This document shows, piece by piece, positions 45,001 to 55,087 of a DNA stretch of 64,000 nucleotides. A program made the translations under genes and the position numbers. The stretch covers positions 282,658,001 to 282,722,000 of the forward strand of contig OZ024741.1 in assembly GCA_964016885.1 (NCBI GenBank), read 5' to 3'. Below the pieces are notes generated by a model. It did not search any database and was not told the origin of the DNA. It was given only the letters and a program-made list of their open reading frames with translations. This DNA comes from Eledone cirrhosa. Its lineage: Eukaryota. Every line of letters begins with the position of its first letter. Within the stretch, counting starts at the first letter, position 1.

Positions 45001-45237
45001 CTAATAAACACCAAGTATGGTGTGTCTGTCTCCAGCTAATAAACACCAAGTATGGTGTGTCTGTCTCTATCTAATAAACACCAAGTATGGTGTGTCTGTC
45101 TCTATCTAATAAACACCAAGTATGGTCTGTCTGTCTCTATTTAATAAACACCAAGTATGGTGTGATGTGTATCTATCTCTATATAATAAACACCAGGTGT
45201 CGTGAGTTTATCTATCTCTATTTAATGAACACCAGGC
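1..45237. repeat. 35-bp satellite/minisatellite array, ~1,290 monomers, extends past the left edge of the window
   Basis: Period of 35 read directly (TAATAAACAC at 11 and 46; CTAAT at 181 and 216). Consensus CTAATAAACACCAAGT[A/G]TGGTGTGTCT[A/G]TCTCTAT. No spacers or insertions seen. Degenerates and ends at ~45,237. Confidence 0.99.
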
Positions 45238-45684
45238 ATTGTGTAAGTTTTGCACTTCTCTACCTTTAGTCATTTGGTCCAAAGTAATTACTTTCCTTCT
45301 TAGTTTATTTGTTTCCTAATTCGACGAAGTGAATCAAATTGAACTGTATGTATGCTTGTATGTATGGATGTATGTAGTGGGATCCTTGGTGGCTAACAAG
45401 ATTCTGATATTCTCTTGTTAACTCCGTCCTAATAATAGTAAGTAGGGATATAATTAGGAAGAGGGCCAGGGTACCAAAAGTTTGCACCACTGTAGATTCA
45501 ATGATAAACCTATTGGAAAACAGTTGGTACTTCAACTACTCTGATTTCATTCTTTTCTCACCAAATTAGGCAGCCATGGTTTAATATTTGACCACTTCTG
45601 GCTAACAAAACATTGTCAAAACAATAATTAAGCTTATATTTGATTGTCTGTAACATTTCTCCTATAAATGTGTTGTCTAAACTA

Positions 45685-45860
45685 AAGGGCCTTTACTTGG
45701 TCACTTGCTAGAAATAGCAGCCAATTCTTCCTCAAATCACTCTCTATTCATCTTAAATATAGGAGAACACAATGGGCGATAGCGCAGGCACAGATATACG
45801 AAATGAAGAGGTGGGCCACTATTAGAATTCTTTTGATTATCAGTCTGATGGAGTTAAACG
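45685..45860 (-). repeat. Copy of the interspersed repeat family with core GATTTGGCTGCTATTTCTAGCA
   Basis: TGCTAGAAATAGCAGCCAATTC at ~45706 is the reverse complement of the core seen at ~48455, ~51065 and ~51328. Confidence 0.55.
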
Positions 45861-46442
45861 AGGCATCAAGCATCATTTCTTTTTCTTCTTCTTCCAAATA
45901 TAATTAATAAAAAAAACATTTCATTATGGCAAAGGTCTGATGAGCCTTTTGTTCTGATTCCAATAATAATAACCCCCAACCCACTCACATCTCACCCACA
46001 CCCTTGCAGCCAACAACAACAACAACAGCAGCAGCAGCAGGCAACCTTCTAGTTGTTAATGATCACTCAACTGCTAACTAAGCCAATCTAAACAGCTGGA
46101 ACTGGAAGTAACAAAAAAAAACAACAACAAAAACAAAAAAACAAATACAAAACAAAGAAAGAAGGGAAGATGGAAGGAAAGAAAACGGATAAGAAGATAG
46201 TAATGAAAGAGGGTGATAAAAGAGGGTGGTGATAGGAGGTGATGAAAGAACTACTGCCATTTCTGCTGTGAATGTTGCTTTGTTGTTATAAACTATTGTT
46301 TCCATGCATGGAACCATTATTATCCATATTGATTTCTCCTGACTAGACACAACACCACTTAATTGTTAGGAGGGGCTACGCTCGAAGATTATGTATACAT
46401 ATATGTATATATATAGTGTGTATATATATATATATATATATA

Positions 46443-46605
46443 ATCAACATCATCATCATTTTACGTCCGCTTTTCCCTGCTTGCAAGGTTGGGATGGGAA
46501 CTGATTCTGGCTTGATTTCTACAGCTGGATGCCCTTCCTAACACCAACATCATTTACAGTGAGTGCTGGGTGCTTTTTTTCCGTGGCTCCTACATGTCCA
46601 CTTTA
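46443..46605 (-). mobile_element. Non-autonomous retroelement/SINE 3' end with an RTE-type (GAT)n tail
   Basis: Plus strand reads (CAT)n-TTTACGTCCGCTTTTCC...GCTGGATGCCCTTCCTAACACCAAC. A similar (CAT)n-TTTAATGTCCATTTTCCATG end occurs at ~46806, and the same tail type ends the RTE fragment at ~48210. Confidence 0.6.
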
Positions 46606-46639
46606 CAGTGGAATGACTGGGGTCTCTATCATCTCATTT

Positions 46640-46797
46640 CTACAGCTGAGTAAACTGTAGCAATGTGAAATAAAGTGTCTTCCTCAAGGAAACAACACAT
46701 CACCCGGTCTGAGAATTGAACTCACAACCTTTCGATTGCAAGGCCAATGCTCTAACCACTAAGCCATGTGCCTCCATACTAAGCCATGTGCCTCCAT
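46640..46797 (-). mobile_element. tRNA-derived SINE 5' region (Pol III A and B boxes)
   Basis: Minus strand reads TGGCTTAGTGG (A box, plus 46756-46766) ... GAGTTCAATTC (B box, plus 46713-46723), then CCTTGAGGAAGACACTTTA, a central-domain-like motif. Confidence 0.8.
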
Positions 46798-46804
46798 ATA
46801 TATA

Positions 46805-46865
46805 ATCATTATCATCATCATCATTTAATGTCCATTTTCCATGTTAGCATGGGTTAGATGAGTTG
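46805..46865 (-). mobile_element. Short RTE-type 3' tail fragment
   Basis: (CAT)n-TTTAATGTCCATTTTCCATGTTAGCATGGGTT, similar to the copy at 46443. Confidence 0.5.
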
Positions 46866-47287
46866 TCCCATTTGAGACAAGTCAGCTCAGGTGACGGTGA
46901 TATATATATATAATTTTTATCAGGTATCTATATTTAAAATTTTTGTTAAATTTTAATATGATACTGTAAGAACTGTCCCTTCATTTCTAACCTTGCCATT
47001 TTCACTGAACACTTGAGGGACATACGACTCAGGATGGATATCCCTGTCACTCATCATTTCCATTCCCCAGGCCACTCTCCCTACATGTCTCAGTCTTTGG
47101 TGTCTTTTTACATCAAGAATCACTGGCCTCGTGTACCAGGACTGAGCAGAGTCTGACTTTCTGCCTTGGATCCAGTTTCGCTAATGGACTCAATTCCCCT
47201 CCCTAATTTCTTTAATCTAGCATACATACTCTTGTACTTACATTTCAACCCCTAGCCACTGTTAACCCTATCTCATCCATTGTCACA

Positions 47288-48209
47288 GGGAAATGGCCTT
47301 GCTCAGTGTGCAGGAAAGGAGTAGATAGAAATTCCATCTTATGTCCCAAATGCAAACTATGGGTACACAATAGATGTAAGTGGGATCACAGGCAAGCTAG
47401 TAAAGAATGTAGGTTTTATATGTGGTCAATGCACAGGTGCAATATGTAGCAAGAACTCACAGGATACTAGCTCCTTCAAATGTCCAGAGGGCTCTGTAGA
47501 AGTAGTAGACAGTTTCTGTTACCTGGTTGATTAAATTAGCAGTGGAGGTTGGTGGTTCCAAAGTACTGTAGCCAGAGTGAGAATGGGATGGAAAAAGTTT
47601 AGGGAGCTACTACCGAAAAGTTTTTTTCCTGAAAATGAAGGGTCGATTGTATGATGCATATATATGAACAGTAATGTTGCATGGTAGTGAGACCTGTGTA
47701 TAAAGGACCTGCGAAGATTGGAAAGAAATGAAGCTTGCATGCTTTGATTGATGTGTAATAGTAATAAACATGAACGGTAAAGCATAAATGAACTGAGAGA
47801 GAAACTGGGTACAAGAAAAATCAGATGCAGTGTGCAGGAGAGGAGATTGTGTTGGTATGGACATGTGATGTGTATGAAAGATGGCAGCTATATTAAAAGG
47901 TGTAGATCACTGAAAGTTGATGGAAGCTATGGAGTAGGAAGACCTAGGAATACTTGGGATGGGGTGATAAAAGCTGACCTTGCACAATTACATCTCTCAA
48001 AGACGATGACACAAGACTGAGATCTCTGGCGTTATGCAGTAATACAGAAGACTCGCATTCACATGTGCATAGACTGAAGCATACATCTAGTATGCGCCAC
48101 TTACTCCAACCTCACCCCTTCCATACACCTCCTATGTCCTAACACTCCACCCACATCTTTACACCAACCCATTGTCCACGTCCCTAGATCTACCTTCCCA
48201 ATTAAACGG

Positions 48210-48257
<48 letters not shown>
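47288..48257 (+). mobile_element. Decayed RTE-clade LINE, 3' part of ORF (PHD finger plus post-RT region) with (GAT)n tail
   Basis: Manual translation across stops and frameshifts: GKWPCSVCRKGVDRNSILCPKCKLWVHNRC/SGITG...FICGQC, then VEVVDSFCYL, ARVRMGWKKFRELLP, MLHGSET, LRRLERNE, QERRLCWYGHVM, GRPRNTW. Ends in (GAT)n at ~48210-48257. Confidence 0.85.
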
Positions 48258-48258
<1 letters not shown>

Positions 48259-48289
48259 ATATATATGTAGGTAATGGAAGAAAACAAAT

Positions 48290-48515
48290 GTTAGTAGTCA
48301 GTTATAATCAAGCAGACCTTTAACCAAACATATTCCAGCTGTGAACATTACATCACTTTTCTTTTCTTTTCTATCTTTTTCCATATGCCGTGTGTCTAGA
48401 TTACATAGTCCATTATGTCCTTCTCTTTTTATGACATTAGAGTGATATGACAGAGATTTGGCTACTATTTCTAGCAGATCGAACTACCTCGCGCAAGCCG
48501 CTTCTTTGGCAACGG
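48290..48515 (+). repeat. Interspersed repeat family copy (AAGCAGACC...TTCCAGC...GATTTGGCTACTATTTCTAGCAGATCGA)
   Basis: Same motif order as the copies at 50481-51380. Confidence 0.6.
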
Positions 48516-48554
48516 TTGTTGAGTATAAACGTATAAACTTTCATTCCTACCGAT

Positions 48555-49700
48555 GGCCCTTTGCGTTCTGAGTTCAAATCCGCCGAAGTTAACTTTGCCT
48601 TTCATTAACTTTGCCTGCACTGGGGTAATCGCTGGCCTTGTGCCAAAAGTAGAAATTCCTACCGAAAAGGAAAAAAAAAAGATCTAATTTTGAAACGAGG
48701 CCAGTGATTTGGGGGAGAAAAGCAAGTAGATTATATCGCCCCTGTACTTAACTGGTACTTTGTTTTATTGACCCGAGAAGGATGAAAAACAATGTTGATC
48801 TCGATGGGACTTGAACTCAGAACGTAGAAAGTCGTAACTAAATAACGCAAAGCATTTTGTCCGAGATTCTATCGATTCTGCCAAATAATAATTCTTTCTA
48901 GCATTGGCACAAGGTCGCATTGTAAAAATGGGAGTGTTGGGTAGATTAGGTTAATTATATTAACCCCACCAGTACTTGACTGGTACTTTATTTTATTGAC
49001 CTCGTAACGATGAACGGTCGGCAGGATATCAACTCAAAACGTAGAAACTCGTAACTAAATAATTGTTTCTACTATTGGCACAAGACCAGCAATTATCCCA
49101 GCGCATTACTGGTACTTTATTTTATCGACGCCGTAAGGATGAAAGGCAAAGTTAACCTCGGCGGGATTTGAACTCAGAATGGCAAGGGCCGTAACTCTTT
49201 GCGTCAAAGCATGGCGTCCGACCCTCTACCGATACTACCAATCCACCCTCGTAACTAAATAATTGTTTCTACTTTTGGCACAAGGCCGCAATTATCCAAA
49301 GTATTACTGGTACTTTATTTTATCGACCCCGTAAGGATGAAAGGCAAAGTTAACCTCGGCGGGATTTGAACTCAGAATGGCAAGGGCCGTAACTCTTTGC
49401 GTCAAAGGATGGCGTCCGACCCTCTACCGATACTGCCAATCCCTAAATAAAGCAAAATGTCCGATGCTCAGCTGATACGGCCAATAATAACTGCTTCTAC
49501 ATTTAGCATGAGCGCAACAATTGGAAAGGAAGGGGAAAGTCGATTAAATCGACCCCAGTGCATTACTGATGCTTTATTCATCGACACCGTAAGGATGAAA
49601 GGCGAAGTTAACCTTGGTGGGATTTGAACTCAGAACGTAAAGGGTCGCAACTCTACCCCACAAAGCATGTTCTCCGGCGCTCTACCGATACTGCCAATCT
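48555..49700 (-). mobile_element. Cluster of about six SINE-like units of ~170-200 bp (first unit on +, the rest on -)
   Basis: Repeated TTCTAC..TTGGCACAAGG..CTGGTACTTTATTTTATCGACCC..AAGGATGAAAGGCAAAGTTAACCTCGGCGGGATTTGAACTCAGAA. The minus strand contains the B box GAGTTCAAATCCC. Confidence 0.85.
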
Positions 49701-50054
49701 GCATAATAATATTAATGATAAAACTAATAAGGCGTTTTGCATAATGAAAAGAAATGCATATCTTTATTAATGCTAACAATTACAGTCATAGAAAACGATC
49801 CGCTGAGCCCATAACTAAGGTTTTAGTCCCCCGTTATAACCAGTGTCACTAAATAACGTTGAAAGACACATGAACGCCACGGAACACAACATCCTATTTA
49901 CCCAGAGTATGGTGACGTTGTAAAGAAAGCGTAGTGACAAAAGGCATTTCTTGGGTATTTAAATCCTGGCGGAGCCCATCCCCTCTTCGGGTTTCAACAC
50001 AGATTATTGCTTCCAGATAAGGAGAGAGTGAAAAAGAGAAATGTAGGAAGATTC

Positions 50055-50200
50055 TACGCTAGTACTGAACTGGGACTTATTTTTATCATACTGCGAAAGG
50101 AAGAAAGGCAAAGTTGTCCTCGGTGGGATTTGAACACAGAGTGCAAAGAACCGGAATGAATACCGCAAAGCATTCGATCCGATGTTCTAAACTCTGCCAA
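50055..50200 (-). mobile_element. Diverged copy of the same SINE family
   Basis: GAAAGGCAAAGTTGTCCTCGGTGGGATTTGAACACAGA...AAAGCATTCGATCCGATGTTCTAA. Confidence 0.7.
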
Positions 50201-50480
50201 TTATTTACCTCTACCTCCCCCACCATCACCATAAACCAATACTTCACTTCTATAATTCAATCAAAGAATCACATTAAACAAGCTCTTATAAATGAGAAAT
50301 TTAAAACAAGGGGGTGGTAACATGCTTAATTCACGCCTATCATTTAACTCATGGTGTTCCTACCTACATATAATTGTGAGGACACGCCCATTTTCTCGCA
50401 AGTTTTTCCTTTTTTTCCTTTTCCTTTGTCATTTCATCCGTCTACAAACTTTTTTTTATTTGTTGATAATGGTGGAGGTT

Positions 50481-51380
50481 ATTGTTGTTGTCTTAGGTCA
50501 GGCTCGATCGAACAGGCCTTTCAGCAATAACTCTCCAGCCATGACCATCCAGTTTTTCCTTCATTTAATACACATCTAAAACTACATTAACCAACGTGTC
50601 TTATTTCGAAACAAATTTGAATGAGTTTTGACTGTTATATCTAGCAAGTGAAACGACCAATGGTTTGTGATAGAAGAGTGTGTTCTTTCTCATTCAAGAA
50701 GGAAATTTGGCTGATATTTCTAGAGACTCCTTCTTTGGTTCGTGAAAATTATTGTTGTTATGACTCAGATCAGTCCAAATCAAGCAGACCTATGATCAAA
50801 GGCTTTCTAGCTTTGACCATCTCATCTGTTCATCAGGGACTTCATAGTTCTGTTTATTCTTCTTTGTGATATTGGGTACGATTTAAAGAAGATTTCGCTC
50901 TTATTTCTAGTAAGTCGAACGACCTCATACGGGCTCCTGTGCTGGTTGTTGTTTAGATCGAGCAGGCCTATGATTAAACTAATTCCAGTCGTGACCATCG
51001 CGTCCTTTCCTGCTTAATGTGTCGCATTACCCAATATGTTCTTTTTGTGGCGTGAGTTGTGGGAGATTTGACTGCTATTGCTAGCAAGTTGAGTGAGCAC
51101 ACTTTCTTTCGGTGGCTTGAGCTTGTAGAGGTAAAGATGGCGAATATAGAACTCGCTATACCGCACCACACCTTTTTGTGTAAATTTCCACATTGGTAAA
51201 ACATTAAAATACTGTTATTGAAATGTTTTTCGCTAAAAGTAATTTAGAAAACATACATATAACCAGCGACCTAGAGCTACATTATTTAATGTGTCCATCC
51301 TTAAGATGGTAAGGTGTCATTTAAGATAGATTTGGCTGCTATTTTTAGCAGATCGATCTATCCAGTATTGGTTCCTTGGT
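50481..51380 (+). repeat. Cluster of 4-5 degenerate copies of an interspersed repeat
   Basis: Recurring (GTT)n..GATCGARCAGRCCT..TCCAGCCATGACCATC..GATTTGGCTGCTATTTCTAGCA..CGACC, starting at ~50481, ~50695, ~50751, ~50945 and ~51280. Confidence 0.7.
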
Positions 51381-51609
51381 TAGAATACAAATTTATAGAG
51401 GAAGAGCGGTTTGCTATAGACGATAAAATCTTGTCCTTATTTTATCAATAGCAGGAAGATGGAAAAAATGTGTGTAGCTTATTCCCGAAAAAGTTTAATA
51501 ATGTTGAGAACTGAGTAGCAATATAAATATTTCCCACGGAGTAGAGTTTTTTTTAATATATGTATATGCTTAATTGCTAATATATTCACAATTTTCTATT
51601 TCATTCAAA

Positions 51610-51992
51610 GATACACACACGTGCGTGCGCACTGAGACAAACAGCGACAGGCAGACAAATATACACACACTATACCCAACCAAGCGCACACAAAGAGAAA
51701 CACACACACACAATCAAGCGCACAGAGAAAACACACTCACACAGCCATACGCACAATGAAAAACAAACACACACATAGAGTCCAAAAACCACAAAACACA
51801 GTCACAATCACACAAACAAGCACGCACGGAAAGAAACACAGCCACATAGACAAAACAACCACATCCTCACAATCAAGCACACAAACAAACGAACACACAC
51901 ACAAACCACAACCACACAGACAAACCCACACATACACACACAGCCACACTGACAAACAAGCACACGTACAGAGAGAAACAGACACACACAAA
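51610..51992. repeat. Degenerate (CA)n/(CACAGA)-rich low-complexity tract
   Basis: Seen directly; explains the spurious H/T/Q-rich and C/V-rich ORFs here. Confidence 0.85.
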
Positions 51993-52315
51993 TGTTTGTT
52001 GTTCAAAAATAATTGTTTTTTGTTAGTGTTTTTTTCAGATATTCGCAGGAGGCGCGGCAATTAAAGGTTTGTTGCCATGTGGTATAGGGGAAAGGAGGAA
52101 GAAATAAAGAGAACCATGACATTTTATTGAATACATCAAGAAATGGGAGGAGCTACTGTGAGAGTTAAGCAAACCACGTGGATGACTCACTCGTCCATAT
52201 GATGGTTGTTATCTATTTGTGCGAGGCACTTTAGTTTTTAGAAGCAGAAGGGAGAAATAGTAAAGGGAGAGAGAGAAAGAAGAGGTAGACACATATATAT
52301 ACACAGTATATATAT

Positions 52316-52500
52316 CAGACCTGTCAACTCTCTCCGTTCGACGGGGAGATCTCCTACCCACTTTGGGGTGGGTGAGAGATGTCTTCTCTTGTGAAAATGG
52401 GTATAGCTTTCATTATGTAAAATCTCCCCATTTTTGCCTCATTTCATGGCACTTTTTTTCATGGTACTCCCCGTTTGGGTTTTTAGAGGTTGGCAGGTCT
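52316..52500 (+). mobile_element. MITE with TIRs CAGACCTGTCAAC / GTTGGCAGGTCT
   Basis: Terminal inverted repeats seen; a second family member lies in the opposite orientation at 62160-62333. Confidence 0.8.
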
Positions 52501-54268
52501 AAACCATGAAAAAAAGTGCCCCAAAACCGGGAGAAATGAGGCAAAAATGGGGAGATTTTACATAATAACGTTATCCTCATAAGCATATATCCCTTGAGTG
52601 TTGAACCTTTCAATTCACTATCTTCACTGGACTTATACCATTAAGTTCACATGAAGATATGTCACTATTTTAACACCAATTATTATATTTTATCTGCCGA
52701 AAGCGTACTTAAATATTAGTACCCTTGAAATACGTATAATGAAATTAGCTTCACGCTAATATAGTTGGAATATTAGTTTTAAAGCATTTTTAATGCAATA
52801 GAGTAGTATGAGAGTATGCATTATACAGAGAATTACTGAAAGGACGTTATGCGTAACTCGTATAAGCGCAAAATAAACACTTCCTACGCTGGTAGCGATT
52901 GGCTGAACTGAGCCAAACAACGTACGGGGAATGTATCCATGAGTCCTCGGAATGTAGGTCGCTACAATACCCCCTATTTAGCCTGGAAGGCGATACATTA
53001 GATTGAATTAGCAGGAAAACGCTGAAAGGGAGCACATCAATGAAAAAATTGAAAAGAATGCATGCAAGAAGAAAAGTGAGGCGCTAAGGGCCTGTTTGAG
53101 CCGCTTAGTCAAATGACTAGCTGTTTTGCTATTTAAACGTGACCACCCGGGGTTTAACAGAAAACGGATAAAGTCTGACATGGGAAAAGTTGCTGTTCTT
53201 GCATGAAATGAAGAGTCTTGTAGCTGTTATGGTAATTGTTGTACCAGAGCTGTGTGGATGAAGCTGTTATGGTAGTTTACCAGTAGCTGTCATTAATGAT
53301 GATGCTGTTCATGTTTTACCAGTAGTTGTATAGTTATTATGACAGGAGATGATGGGTAGGCGAGAAATCGTCGGCCTCCCAGATGAATTGCCGAAAAGGC
53401 TAGGCAGCCAGAAAAAATGGCTATAGTTGCTTTGAAAGGAAAACAAATTGAATCTGTAGGTGGGTAGTAGTTGAAGCTGCAATCCCGTAATTCTGGCGAG
53501 TCCGTCGGAGAAACGGGGGAATTGGTGACTGGTCCAGTTCCATGAATGCTTTCCCAGTGAATCGGGTAAAGTAACAAGATTGAGGTTTTTATGCTATAGG
53601 ACGATGAGTGTGCAACGAGATGCGGAGCTGTTTGAATCCAGCTGCAATTAGCAGTTCTCGTGTTGCGGTGCCTGTTTGATTCCAGGTGAATTAAGCTGCA
53701 TGTGTCGGTAGCATGTTTTGGTACCTCAACCAGGTGAAAAGGGATCTCGCAGAATATTACGACGTTTGAAGATCATATACTATAGACAACAACATGTTGG
53801 TGTGTGACAAAGAAATGTGTGTGCATATGCAGGCATGTAATACAGCAAAGAAAATGTGTGCGTGAAGTCATATATACAATGATAGAAAAAATGAATGTTC
53901 ATATACAGTTTAAAAGAAAGAAATGTTCAAACATTGCCTGTAAAAAAAAAGGAAGAAATAATTGTTTTTTTAACAAAAAGTTCAATTTTTCTTTTCTTTG
54001 AAATTTCTTTGGGATAAGAATGTGATCGTTCTTACTAGGAAGCTAGTAGAGTTGTTGTTGTTGTTGTTGCTATCGAAACGAAGTCAGAGAAAATCTTCAG
54101 TAGAATTGAAGTCGAGCGTTGAAGAGCTTAGAGTCACCAATATGCATGTCACGTCTGACGCCATAGTGTGGTGAGAAAGTTCAAATCAGACATGATAGAA
54201 ACATCGATGAATCGTGAAGTTTTGTACAACAGTGAAGATTTGCAAGCGTCGAATTCACCATTATGTGG

Positions 54269-54347
54269 TGAGAAGGCTGTTGTTGTTTCGATTCTCGAGT
54301 CACTGTTGTAGCGAGAAGGCTGTTGTTGTTTTAATTCTCGAGTCACC
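54269..54347. repeat. Short direct repeat, two copies of ~34 bp (GAGAAGGCTGTTGTTGTTT..ATTCTCGAGTCAC)
   Basis: Seen directly at ~54269 and ~54313. Confidence 0.75.
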
Positions 54348-54846
54348 GTTTGTAACGAGACAGTGAGAAGTTGTAGTGATTATAATGACAGAGACGATAG
54401 AATAGGTGAAGCATAGAAGTAAACAATATGAGGTGTGGTGGATTGCGTCGGTAAGACTATAAAGGTGCTACATCGGTGTTCCCTGTTATTGGTTAGTGGT
54501 TAACCATGTGTTGCTGCTGCTGATTTTGTTGATGTTGATGGTAGTTATATTGAAAGAAAAATTTTTTCGTGCTATAATTTTTAAAAAATTTTCTTTTCAA
54601 AGAATGTTTTCTCAGGCGGGTTCATGGAAAATGAACCACGTGATGTCAACAAGAAAATGTTTACATGGTGTTGATACAATGCAATACAAGAAAGCTTGCG
54701 TGTTCTTTTTTTTTTAAATACTACTTCTTATTTTTTTTTTTTAGGAACATTTAGTTCAAAAATGTTCTTGCGACGGGGTCACCAATTTAGAAATAAGTAT
54801 TTTGGAGATAGTTAATAGATGATATATATATGTATCTGTATATGTT

Positions 54847-54866
54847 GAGAGAGAGAAAGAGAGAGA

Positions 54867-54933
<67 letters not shown>
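54847..54933. repeat. (GA)n microsatellite
   Basis: Seen directly. Confidence 0.95.
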
Positions 54934-54936
<3 letters not shown>

Positions 54937-55087
54937 GTGTGGGGGTGGAAAGCGAAAGAGGTAATGAGAAAACCGAATGATAAGAGAGGGTGGTTGAAAA
55001 TATAGAAAAAGAACTAGAGAAACATGGTGAAAGGAAAAAAGAAGGGAGGAAATAGAAAGTAAGAAGACAGACAAAGAAAGAAAGAGT

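Noticed and set aside
1-45237. CRISPR array (35-bp repeat with an internal palindrome)
   Set aside because: Monomers abut directly with no unique spacers, there are no cas genes, and the context is eukaryotic.
1-45237. Satellite monomer as a hammerhead (CTAATAA-hairpin-GTCT versus CTGATGA-stem II-GAAA)
   Set aside because: The essential core G residues and GAAA are missing and there are no stems I or III; the resemblance is superficial.
1-45237. Compensatory covariation in the monomer hairpin (ACACGA/TCGTGT, ACATCA/TGATGT, ACAGCA/TGCTGT)
   Set aside because: Both halves exist as variants, but I did not see them together in one monomer, so there is no evidence of selection on pairing.
45087-45269. 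60-aa ORF at the satellite edge, with a GTAAGT just after the array
   Set aside because: It is translated satellite sequence, with no acceptor or homology support.
45468-45494. Tc1-like terminal inverted repeat (AGGGTACCAAAAGTTTGCACCACTGTA)
   Set aside because: No partner TIR or transposase was found; too short to support.
46515-46550. Possible HDV-like ribozyme in the RTE-associated motif GCTGGATGCCCTTCCTAAC
   Set aside because: I could not build the nested double pseudoknot from this copy.
51574-52064. Overlapping 61-107 aa ORFs
   Set aside because: Products of a degenerate CA-rich low-complexity tract.
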